From sequence record NZ_CP087960.1: a DNA stretch of 64,000 nt, one strand, 5' to 3'. The stretch's first letter is position 1; every line of letters begins with the position of its first letter. The translations under genes and the position numbers were made by a program. Shown here piece by piece: positions 19,413 to 27,627 of the stretch. The notes beneath the pieces are model-generated. The model saw only the letters and a program-made list of their open reading frames with translations, did no database searches and was not told the DNA's origin. The stretch comes from a plasmid.

Positions 19413-21461
19413 CTACCTTTCTAATTTCTTATTTCTACTTGCTTTTTTGGCGTGTTCCAGAGCTAGATATTTTTTACTATTTTTTTCGATTTTTGCTTTA
19501 GTAGTTTTGGAAACTAAGCTAATATTTTTAACTTCAGAAGTTTTGTCATCGAAGTAAATATCTCTTGTTGCTACATAGGCATTCTCTAGTTTTCTAATTG
19601 TATGAACGGGGATCTTTTGTGATAGTTTCTCGAATTTTTGCTTTTCTTCCCCTTGATAGAAACTAGGAAAGCCTAATCTTTCAAGATCTTCATATTCTTT
19701 TTCTTCACGATCACGTTGCATGAACCATTGTGAATAGATTGGTTTTTCCAGAAATACCTGTTCTGTTTTTTTATCTATTTCCGTTTTCTTTCCGTATGTT
19801 TCAGCATAATTTTTTCGAATTTCAGGATCTGCAAGTTCTAATTTTACTGATTCTAATCCAGATTTCTTAATTTTAAGTTGCTTGTTAAACTTATCCTCAT
19901 TTTCAATATTTTTCGCCATCTTTTCAATATTCTCTTCTGTTGCATCAAAGCCATATTCTTCTAAAAGTCGCTTGGCATTTTCTCTTCTTGCGAGATTAGG
20001 TGTTGCTTTATCTTTTTTAGAATTAGCTTTAATATAGCCAATTGCTTTTTCCTGCTTAGGTTTTTCCATTTTTTCAACTACTTTATTTAAGTTGGTATCT
20101 TTTGAAAGTCCCAAAAGAACGTTGGCATCTTCAAAGTCTTTCTTTGATGGATTTATGTAAACATCATATTTTCTTAAATATTTTTTGAAAAGATCTTCGT
20201 TAGCATTCTTATCTCGGCCAATATACAAATTACGTTGAATATTTTTAACTTGATCCTGGTGAGTCTTAGCAAAATGTTCTCGATTGATATCTACTAGAGT
20301 AGTAGATAATCCATCAATTTTTGCTGGTTCATTTAAGTAGTCTGCAAAACTTTCTAGGTCTTTTCCTATTAATTGAGGTTCTTTTTTATTTTTAGGATTG
20401 TAGTAATAAATATCTTGTTTTTGATTCCATTCTAGCCCTTTGACAATTGAAGTTGGTTTTAAAACGATGTTTGCCTTTGCACGGTCATCATCGATAGTTT
20501 TATCTGGTGTATAGTAATCATTTTCAATGACACTAAGATCTAAAGGCATGGGATCTCCAAGATCAATTGAAAAATCAGGGGCATTAGGAGCAACTTTAGC
20601 TAAATCTTTCGACACTTTTTTATATTCAGGATCAAACTCGTAATCTTCCAAATTGCTAATCGTGGTAAGTTCTTTTTTTGAAAGATTGTGAATTGCGACT
20701 TCCCCATCTTCAATGAAAATGACCCCGTATTTGGAGCCATTGTATACATGATTGAACAAATCGTATCTATCCGATGACACCCATGGATTTTCAAAAAAAT
20801 CACCATTTTTTAATAGCTTTTCTAAGTTAACGAATTTCATACCGTTAGGTAGTTGGTGGGTGCTTGCATATTTATCAATAGCTTCTTTTTGTTGAAAAGC
20901 AATCGAATCATTTGAGTGAGTTTCGTGATAAGATAATTCACTATTGACTGAACTAGTGCTTAGATTGGCCCTCTCAACATCACGATCTTTAGTTGGTTGA
21001 GAAAATCTACTTATGTCAGGTCTTTTGTAAAAATCTTTAGCATATGAGATAGCATCTTCATCAGTTGGCAATTCATCAAATTCCTCATGTGCATATATAG
21101 CCGTAGTACGACCAACTTTTTTATTTGTAAGAATTCCGGAGCCATATTGTTGCATATATCTGGGTCCGTAATCTTCAGCTTCTCCATCAGCCATAATTTC
21201 TTGTTTAACTTCTTCAAGAGAATTTCCTAAATAGAAAGGTTTTTGAAGTTGCTTGCCAATTAAATATAAAGAGTCATTGTGGATATTTTTATACTTGCTG
21301 TGTGATAAGTCAGAACCAAAGATGAGATTAAGATCTAAGTCTTTGACTCTATCTTTGAAATGCAACAGTTGTGCTTTACCATCAATAGAATTTTCTCTAT
21401 TAATAATTACGGGATACTGCTCCACTTTTTGTTTAAATATTTCTCTTTCTTTTTTATTCAT
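19413..21461 (-). CDS. hypothetical conjugative-element protein (682 aa)
   Basis: Large ORF co-directional with the leading-region genes. No motif recognised. Confidence 0.4.
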   Translation of the reverse strand: MNKKEREIFKQKVEQYPVIINRENSIDGKAQLLHFKDRVKDLDLNLIFGSDLSHSKYKNIHNDSLYLIGKQLQKPFYLGNSLEEVKQEIMADGEAEDYGPRYMQQYGSGILTNKKVGRTTAIYAHEEFDELPTDEDAISYAKDFYKRPDISRFSQPTKDRDVERANLSTSSVNSELSYHETHSNDSIAFQQKEAIDKYASTHQLPNGMKFVNLEKLLKNGDFFENPWVSSDRYDLFNHVYNGSKYGVIFIEDGEVAIHNLSKKELTTISNLEDYEFDPEYKKVSKDLAKVAPNAPDFSIDLGDPMPLDLSVIENDYYTPDKTIDDDRAKANIVLKPTSIVKGLEWNQKQDIYYYNPKNKKEPQLIGKDLESFADYLNEPAKIDGLSTTLVDINREHFAKTHQDQVKNIQRNLYIGRDKNANEDLFKKYLRKYDVYINPSKKDFEDANVLLGLSKDTNLNKVVEKMEKPKQEKAIGYIKANSKKDKATPNLARRENAKRLLEEYGFDATEENIEKMAKNIENEDKFNKQLKIKKSGLESVKLELADPEIRKNYAETYGKKTEIDKKTEQVFLEKPIYSQWFMQRDREEKEYEDLERLGFPSFYQGEEKQKFEKLSQKIPVHTIRKLENAYVATRDIYFDDKTSEVKNISLVSKTTKAKIEKNSKKYLALEHAKKASRNKKLER

Positions 21462-22485
21462 TAATATTTCCTTTCAACTTATATCCTATTGTTTCGATTA
21501 CTGGAACAGTTACTGAATTACCAGCCTGTTTGTATAGCTGGTTATCGCTTAGCCCAGCATTTTTTGCTTTAAAAAATTGTTCATCTGTAAACCCTTGTAG
21601 GCGCCAGCATTCTAATGGTGTTAATTTTCTAATTGATAATTCCTTATCTTTTTTTATTAGAACTCCATGCTTGTCAGTTGCTGTTACTGTAAATGCAGGT
21701 TCTCCAGCATTTTTAAATCTTCTTCCATTTTGTCTCTTAGCTAGACGATCAGGAGTAAGTACCGCTTCAACTAAGATCTTAGGTTGCCTGTCGCCACCTT
21801 GCATTGTGTTTAGTGTAGGAGATAGTCCGTGAACAGAGTAAACTCTTCCAGTTTGTGGATTATTGCCGAATGACTTATTCGAGCGATAATTACCTACCTG
21901 CTTAATTTTTGATTGCTTAATAGAGTTTTGACTTTGTCTTTGGATAGGAAATACTTTATTGGAACATTTACCTCTAAGATGTCCGATAAGGTAGACTCTT
22001 TCTCTGTTTTGAGGGACGACTTCTTTAGAGTTGATAAGTGACCATTCGACATCGTACCCGACTGAGTCCATTTCAATGAGAACGCGGGCGAAGTCCCTAC
22101 CGTTTCTACTTGATAAAAGTCCCTTAACGTTTTCCATGAAGAGATAGGTAGGAATCTCTTGTTGGTTTTTAGTTCTTTCTTTAAGCAGTCTGATAATCTC
22201 AAAGAACAAGGAGCTTCTTTTTCCGCTAATGAGTCCGTCTTGTTGACCAGCGATTGAAACATCTTGACAGGGACTTCCGAAGGTCCAGATGTCGGCTGTT
22301 GGTAAATCTTTTCCTCTAACTTGTCTAATGTCATATCCTGTAAATTCTCCTTTTGTATCGTACATAGCCTGGTAGCTTTTTCTTGCAAATTTATCGAATT
22401 CTACAAATCCAACGCATTTATGACCGGCTTTTTCTAGTCCAGATCTAAAGCCACCGATTCCAGCAAAAAAATCAATAAAATTCAT
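21454..22485 (-). CDS. DNA (cytosine-5)-methyltransferase, orphan (no adjacent restriction endonuclease)
   Basis: Motif I 'FIDFFAGIGGF', motif IV 'GSPCQDVSIAG', motif VI 'FMENVKGLLS'. Confidence 0.85.
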   Translation of the reverse strand: MNFIDFFAGIGGFRSGLEKAGHKCVGFVEFDKFARKSYQAMYDTKGEFTGYDIRQVRGKDLPTADIWTFGSPCQDVSIAGQQDGLISGKRSSLFFEIIRLLKERTKNQQEIPTYLFMENVKGLLSSRNGRDFARVLIEMDSVGYDVEWSLINSKEVVPQNRERVYLIGHLRGKCSNKVFPIQRQSQNSIKQSKIKQVGNYRSNKSFGNNPQTGRVYSVHGLSPTLNTMQGGDRQPKILVEAVLTPDRLAKRQNGRRFKNAGEPAFTVTATDKHGVLIKKDKELSIRKLTPLECWRLQGFTDEQFFKAKNAGLSDNQLYKQAGNSVTVPVIETIGYKLKGNINE

Positions 22486-22600
22486 GGTATTTTCCTTTCA
22501 AATAAAAAAGCTCCTAATCTAAATTGATTAGGAGCTAAAAGCAAAAGTATTAGTTATTTTAGGTGGACTTCGTGTGTGATAAGTCATAGAGCTACTCTCT
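22486..22600. repeat. ~115-bp conserved intergenic module, copy A (see 17350-17470)
   Basis: Seen in sequence. Hairpin 'agctcctaatc(taaat)gattaggagct' followed on the minus strand by T-run, RBS GAAAGGAAA and the ATG of the methyltransferase. Confidence 0.6.
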
Positions 22601-23485
22601 TTCTCGATCAAATCGTTTTCTAAGTGCCGCTTTCTTTGTAGCTTCTTTATGATTCGGTGCTGCTTTTTCGTGAGTAAGCTGTCGACCTAAATCGTCAGTA
22701 TTTATGGTTTGTTTTTCTGCATAGGCTGAAATACTTTTATTTAGCACTGAAGCTAAGGACAGAGCATCTTGGGGTGTTTTAATATATTCGTGATTAAGAT
22801 CTATAGCACTGGCGCTACGTCCTAAAACAACGTTTCTTTTTTTATTATTTTCATCTAAATATGTTACTTGATCATTGCTTTCTTGAAATATTCCTAAGAT
22901 TGTATTTTGTGGGACTCTTTTTAATTGTTCTGAAAGGGTTCGAACATTTAAGTTCATTAATGACGCAGGTACAATACCATCATTTTTACTAGTTCTGAGT
23001 AATATCATTAAATTTTTATCGGAACTTTTAATGCCTTTATTTAGGTTCAATTTATGAATCTGTTCAATTTTTGAAAGATCGGATAATATTAAGCCATCTG
23101 TATGTAAGATTTCCTTCGCTGAAGATAATACTTGTAGCTTTAAAAAAGTAGTCCTATCATTTTTGATAAGTATTGCATTAGGAGTTTTGTTATCTAGAAT
23201 ATCTGTTAAAACTTGATTTGGCTTTCGTCTGTCAAATCTTAATCCTAGTAAATGAGCAAAATTTTCTTTTCCAAAGTTAACAGATAATAGTTTTAGTTGA
23301 TTCTCCGATTTGAAAACATAGTCTATTGTCTTATTAGCTAAATTCTTATCATAAAATTTCGAAAATCTATTTATATTTTTTATGTATAAATCATTAATTA
23401 TCTGTAACTCGTTATCTGTGGCAATATGATATCCATGTGGAATATATTTAACTGGTTTATTTAATGATTGTGAAAGATTTTGCAT
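22592..23485 (-). CDS. hypothetical protein (297 aa)
   Basis: ORF only. Confidence 0.35.
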   Translation of the reverse strand: MQNLSQSLNKPVKYIPHGYHIATDNELQIINDLYIKNINRFSKFYDKNLANKTIDYVFKSENQLKLLSVNFGKENFAHLLGLRFDRRKPNQVLTDILDNKTPNAILIKNDRTTFLKLQVLSSAKEILHTDGLILSDLSKIEQIHKLNLNKGIKSSDKNLMILLRTSKNDGIVPASLMNLNVRTLSEQLKRVPQNTILGIFQESNDQVTYLDENNKKRNVVLGRSASAIDLNHEYIKTPQDALSLASVLNKSISAYAEKQTINTDDLGRQLTHEKAAPNHKEATKKAALRKRFDRERE

Positions 23486-23611
23486 CTTTTTCTTCCTTAT
23501 GATATAGTTAACTTAATAGAAGAAGCAATTTTTAAATTAAGGATCATAACTTGATCGGGTGGCTCACTGCCTAGCTTTAATAGCTAAAAAAAGCGTAGTG
23601 TATTGCTTTTC

Positions 23612-23639
23612 AAAGGCCCTTCTTAAGGGCTTTTCTTTT
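23612..23639 (+). terminator. intrinsic terminator, plus strand (ggccct-tcttaa-gggcc + T-run)
   Basis: Seen in sequence. No plus-strand CDS upstream, which suggests a small non-coding transcript. Confidence 0.4.
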
Positions 23640-23842
23640 GTGCTTTTTTTGACACTAATAATTGATGTCCCTGTGTTATACTATTTATAAGATCACGGTG
23701 TAAATTAGTGGATTGTTAATGTTTTTAACGTTAACAGTCGGGTAAGCTCACTGCCTTGTCGATATGCTAGACTAAAGAAAGCCCGTAACCAATCAGTGAG
23801 ACTCGTAAGAACGGTATGCACGGAAAGCGGTGTGTACTTCTA

Positions 23843-23886
23843 AAAAGAAAGGTTCTGTAAAAATTTACAGAACCTTTCTTTTTTTA
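23843..23886. terminator. bidirectional intrinsic terminator (aaagaaaggttctgtaaa / tttacagaacctttcttt)
   Basis: Perfect 18-bp inverted repeat with T-runs on both strands. Lies at the 3' end of the relaxase operon. Confidence 0.55.
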
Positions 23887-23887
23887 G

Positions 23888-24292
23888 TTAGAAATTGGCT
23901 AAATATAATGCTTGTTCTAAACTTTCAGTTATAACTGTTTTATCTGACTTATTTTTACTTAAAATTTTTAATACTTTTGAATATTTTAGTAATTGTTTAC
24001 CGTTGATATTGTAGGGCAAGAAAACATCGAATACCTTACCCTGAAAATCAGTTATAATGTGTATCGTTTCGTCATTATTTGAACAAGTGTAAATGGGTAA
24101 TTCAATTTCATGTTCGGGTTCCGAAGAAGCAGGAGTATAAGTTATGGTGTCGATATCGATTGATTCTACATTTAATATCTTTTTTAATTGATTAATATAA
24201 TTTGGAATTTTTTGATTCATAATAAAACCTTCTTTCAAAAATAAGCAGACGTTATTCTTGTGAACGTTCGGCTGCTTTTTGTATCTTTTCAT
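23888..24292 (-). CDS. hypothetical protein (134 aa), overlaps the relaxase 3' end
   Basis: ORF only. Confidence 0.35.
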   Translation of the reverse strand: MKRYKKQPNVHKNNVCLFLKEGFIMNQKIPNYINQLKKILNVESIDIDTITYTPASSEPEHEIELPIYTCSNNDETIHIITDFQGKVFDVFLPYNINGKQLLKYSKVLKILSKNKSDKTVITESLEQALYLANF

Positions 24293-25871
24293 ATTCAGTT
24301 AATGCTTTTCTCTTATCTAGACTTACATGTCCTTTTTCTAGAATCATTTCCTTTCTAGTCTGATGACTTATTTCTTTTTTCAATTTTTCAATTCTTTTTT
24401 TACTTAAAGTGAATAAATATAAATTTCTTTTTCTTGGAACATTCCGCCGAGCCGGAGCCACCCGGCCACCTGCCCCTGAAGAACTTTTTTGAGTTTTTGC
24501 TTTATTAAGTAAGGTTTGAAAATACATTTCAGGATTAACCCTTAATTTTAAAGGAGTTTTTTTGTGCATCTTATTAGCTTGTTTATCTAAAGTAGCTAAA
24601 GATTTTAAAACTGCATTTCCATTTCGTCGGCGAATATCTTTAAGTTTATTAACTTTATAATTTTTATTTTCACGTTTTGAAATACCGTATAAAGCTTGTC
24701 GCGTATCTTGATAATCAGAAATATCTTTTTTATATGTACGATAATCTTGATCATCTTTTAGTAAGGTTTCAGTAATTATATCCAGGAGCGCTTTACCATT
24801 GGCATCATTTTTTTCAAGCCATTTGTAGTTCCAGTTTCTTCGATCAGCTGGTAGGTGCTCCATGAGTTGATTAATCATTGCTTGAAAATCAGGATTTTCT
24901 TTTTGCTTTTCAAAATGCTGAAAAACATTGGCTCTAACTTGATCACGATTACGGGAGATTTCTTTCGTTAGATCACTGGTATTGATCAACGTATTTGTAA
25001 AAACAGATTTCATTTGATCGATTACTTTTTGAGGCCTACGTCCCTTGGGCTGTTTAACAAGATTTCCAAACTTATCTTCACGCTCAATAATTGGTCGCTG
25101 ATTTATTGCTTCAACAGTTGCAAAATGGATATGAACATTATCAGTGTTACGATGAATTGACGCCATCCAATAAGGCTGATACAAAGGTGGATTCATTTTT
25201 GCTTGAAAAGTTTTCATCATTTCTTGACTTGCGTGTCGCATAGCTTGTTCATCTAGCATTCCAGTTTCTTTATTTAAAATTCCTTTTTTTACTAAGAAAT
25301 CATTATCGAAAGAAATTACGTCTTGCCATAGCACGCTATGATTAGCTTGTGCTTTAGTTAATTGATCTCGAATGTGTTGAAAGTCTTTAAGATGAACTTG
25401 ATCCATATCTGAAGTAAAAAAGCCAACTGCTAATTTATCTTTTGTCACTTTTAGGTCTGTTAATTTATTAGCTGCTTCATTAACTCGTTTTAGTTCTTGA
25501 GTTTCTTGGGGAGTTAATTCGCGTTTACCTTGGATTGTAGCTAATGCGCTTGATCTAGCCATGTAGCCCAAGTATTTTGAAAATTGGTCATCGTTTAATT
25601 CGCTCAATACTTTATTGTTTAAAAGTTTTTTTGCTTGTTTATTAACTAGCTCATCTTTTGATTGATCAAAAACTTTTCTAAACTTTCCATGTATATCAAG
25701 TTCACGAGCTTTGATAGTAACGCGATTAATCTCTTTTCTTTCTTGCTCGGTTAAATATTCCTTAGATTCGAGAGCTTCTTTACGAGCCATGTAGCCCAAG
25801 TATTTACCGAAAGATTTTCCGTTTGTTTCTGTTGAAAATTTTGAAGTTAAAATTATAGCTGGTCTTTTCAT
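24252..25871 (-). CDS. conjugative relaxase (MOBP/MOBQ-type, 539 aa)
   Basis: Motif III 'HRNTDNVHIHFATVEAIN' parallels RP4 TraI 'HTDTDNLHIHIAIN'. N-terminal Tyr motif 'GKYLGYMARKEA' appears twice, at aa ~24 and ~99. Confidence 0.7.
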   Translation of the reverse strand: MKRPAIILTSKFSTETNGKSFGKYLGYMARKEALESKEYLTEQERKEINRVTIKARELDIHGKFRKVFDQSKDELVNKQAKKLLNNKVLSELNDDQFSKYLGYMARSSALATIQGKRELTPQETQELKRVNEAANKLTDLKVTKDKLAVGFFTSDMDQVHLKDFQHIRDQLTKAQANHSVLWQDVISFDNDFLVKKGILNKETGMLDEQAMRHASQEMMKTFQAKMNPPLYQPYWMASIHRNTDNVHIHFATVEAINQRPIIEREDKFGNLVKQPKGRRPQKVIDQMKSVFTNTLINTSDLTKEISRNRDQVRANVFQHFEKQKENPDFQAMINQLMEHLPADRRNWNYKWLEKNDANGKALLDIITETLLKDDQDYRTYKKDISDYQDTRQALYGISKRENKNYKVNKLKDIRRRNGNAVLKSLATLDKQANKMHKKTPLKLRVNPEMYFQTLLNKAKTQKSSSGAGGRVAPARRNVPRKRNLYLFTLSKKRIEKLKKEISHQTRKEMILEKGHVSLDKRKALTEYEKIQKAAERSQE

Positions 25872-25952
25872 GTATCACTCCAAAAGCTTTATTTGCTTGA
25901 ATAGTCATCAACATATGGATTATATTTTGGACGTTTTATTGCTTTTTCTTTT

Positions 25953-26240
25953 TCAGTTTCCACTAATTTTTTGATTTCTTTTTTTAGCTTGTTCATTTTT
26001 CTTTAGCTCCCTTCTTAAATTTACAAATTCAAATATTGGTGTTGCTAATATGATTATTCCTAAGTATTCAAATAATTTACCGGCTACTAACAATAACCAA
26101 TACCAAGCATAAAAATTATATTGATTAAAAAATTCCGCATGAAGAAAATAAAAGCTACATGCAATTAATAAAAAAAGAATGGAAAGCCTAACGTGTTTAA
26201 CAATCATTGCTTCCATTCTTTTTAAAATATATTTATTCAT
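25953..26240 (-). CDS. small membrane protein (95 aa)
   Basis: Two hydrophobic helices, basic C-terminus. Confidence 0.35.
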   Translation of the reverse strand: MNKYILKRMEAMIVKHVRLSILFLLIACSFYFLHAEFFNQYNFYAWYWLLLVAGKLFEYLGIIILATPIFEFVNLRRELKKNEQAKKRNQKISGN

Positions 26241-26625
26241 TAACTACTGCCTTGTGCCAATGTTTATTAATTTGACCTGCTGCAATTTCTTTTTTAACTT
26301 TTTGCTTAGCAGATTTAATACTGATGTATTGTGATCCAACTTGCACATTCGTAATGGGAAGACCATTGTCATCTTGAAAGCCACGCCCTTTAACCATTAA
26401 CTCACCTGTAACTTCCATTAAAGTTTGTAAATTAAAATTAATATTCTTTAAGTCTTTCAATTCGGTTTGCAAATTTTTACAAGCCAAGTGATCGTGTACA
26501 AATAAAACTAGTACATCGTGTGCAGTTTTTATTGCGGGATTTTTTTCTCGAATTTCATTAATGAGTTTCCACTCTTCATCACTAAGTTGAGTTCTAAATT
26601 CCTTCTTCCGTGTCATAATTTTCAT
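26233..26625 (-). CDS. hypothetical protein (130 aa), mob-operon accessory candidate
   Basis: ORF, translationally coupled in the relaxase operon. Confidence 0.35.
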   Translation of the reverse strand: MKIMTRKKEFRTQLSDEEWKLINEIREKNPAIKTAHDVLVLFVHDHLACKNLQTELKDLKNINFNLQTLMEVTGELMVKGRGFQDDNGLPITNVQVGSQYISIKSAKQKVKKEIAAGQINKHWHKAVVNE

Positions 26626-27037
26626 TCCTTTCTTTTAGTTCATTGTTTAAATTTTTTGCTTTTGTTTTATCTTCTTGAATTATTGCATCTAAAATTTTGG
26701 AGATAAGATTAATTTTTCTACGAACATTTTTATCTGTTTTAAGACTAAGATCTTCGGAAAGATTTAATGCTTCTTCTGTGTCACCGGTGATTAATAAGAA
26801 AAATAATTTATCTACTGCATCTTGATATGCTTCCATATTTTCAACCATTGCTTTTAATTGCACGGCTGTCTCACTATCAATTTTTTTATAAAGATCTTCT
26901 TCTGGAATTTTTTCAATTCTATCTCTTAAAAATTTTGATCGTGAAATTTTAGTTTTATTTTGATGATTATATTGTTCAATCATTTTATCGATTGAATATA
27001 TAACTTTGGGGTCAATATTTCGAATTATTAAATCCAT
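26594..27037 (-). CDS. ribbon-helix-helix-like relaxosome accessory protein candidate (147 aa)
   Basis: The N-terminus 'MDLIIRNIDPKVIYSIDKMIEQYNHQNKTKISRSKFLRDRIEKI' is paralogous to ORF 27184..27378. Confidence 0.35.
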   Translation of the reverse strand: MDLIIRNIDPKVIYSIDKMIEQYNHQNKTKISRSKFLRDRIEKIPEEDLYKKIDSETAVQLKAMVENMEAYQDAVDKLFFLLITGDTEEALNLSEDLSLKTDKNVRRKINLISKILDAIIQEDKTKAKNLNNELKERNENYDTEEGI

Positions 27038-27183
27038 TTCTTATTCTCCTTTATTTTTGTCATTAAAATTATCGAGTTCTTTTCCTAACTTAACTGCTAA
27101 ATTAGTTGCACTATTTTTATTGTTTGCGATTAAAGCAAACAATAATTCTGTATTTAATTTTTGACTCGTAATTAAATACTTTT

Positions 27184-27378
27184 TTATTGCTTGAAGTTCT
27201 CTCCGTTGGATATGTTGTTTAGTTTATTTTTGATTTTTTGTTCGGAGTATTTTTTAATAAGATCTCTTAAAAATTTACTTCTTGAAATTTTTGTATGATT
27301 CTTTTTGTTAATTTGTTCTATTTCTTTATCAATAACGTAGATATCTTTTGGATCTACGTTTTTAATTTTTAAATCCAT
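27184..27378 (-). CDS. short ribbon-helix-helix-like protein (64 aa), paralog of the N-terminus of ORF 26594..27037
   Basis: 'MDLKIKNVDPKDIYVIDKEIEQINKKNHTKISRSKFLRDLIKKY' is ~60% identical over 44 aa to the neighbouring gene. Confidence 0.35.
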   Translation of the reverse strand: MDLKIKNVDPKDIYVIDKEIEQINKKNHTKISRSKFLRDLIKKYSEQKIKNKLNNISNGENFKQ

Positions 27379-27399
27379 TTTCTATTGTCTCCTTTTATT

Positions 27400-27625
27400 A
27401 ATTATATTGGTAGCTCCTACGTCGCTCTTGGAGTAAAGAGCATAAGGGAAATCTGATATCAACCTCGTGCCTCGGTTGCTACTTTGGCTGTGCCAAAGGG
27501 ATTTCCAAAGGGTTAGAGATTATATCGTATTTTTCGATTATTTCCGCACAAACGGACGTTTTCCAACCTAAAAAAAATAGGCATTCCGCTTAAACGGACA
27601 CCTATTTAGCTACGTTTCTATAAAA
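27400..27625 (-). promoter_or_regulatory. candidate oriT / promoter region upstream of the mobilisation operon
   Basis: Non-coding 225 bp with GC above surroundings. Hairpins gctctt..aagagc and ctttgg..ccaaag; direct repeats 'ccgc(a/t)(c/t)aaacggac' x2 and 'ccaaaggg' x2. Lies between the T4SS operon end and the mob genes. Confidence 0.3.
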
Positions 27626-27627
27626 TT

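Noticed and set aside
23700-23887. An intact group II intron, suggested by the domain-V-like hairpin at 23805-23840
   Set aside because: - No reverse-transcriptase/maturase ORF anywhere nearby.
- The non-coding space is only ~400 bp, too small for domains I-IV.
- The following hairpin is a perfect palindrome with no bulged adenosine, so it is not a domain VI.

At most this is a remnant, so it is reported only as a structured region.
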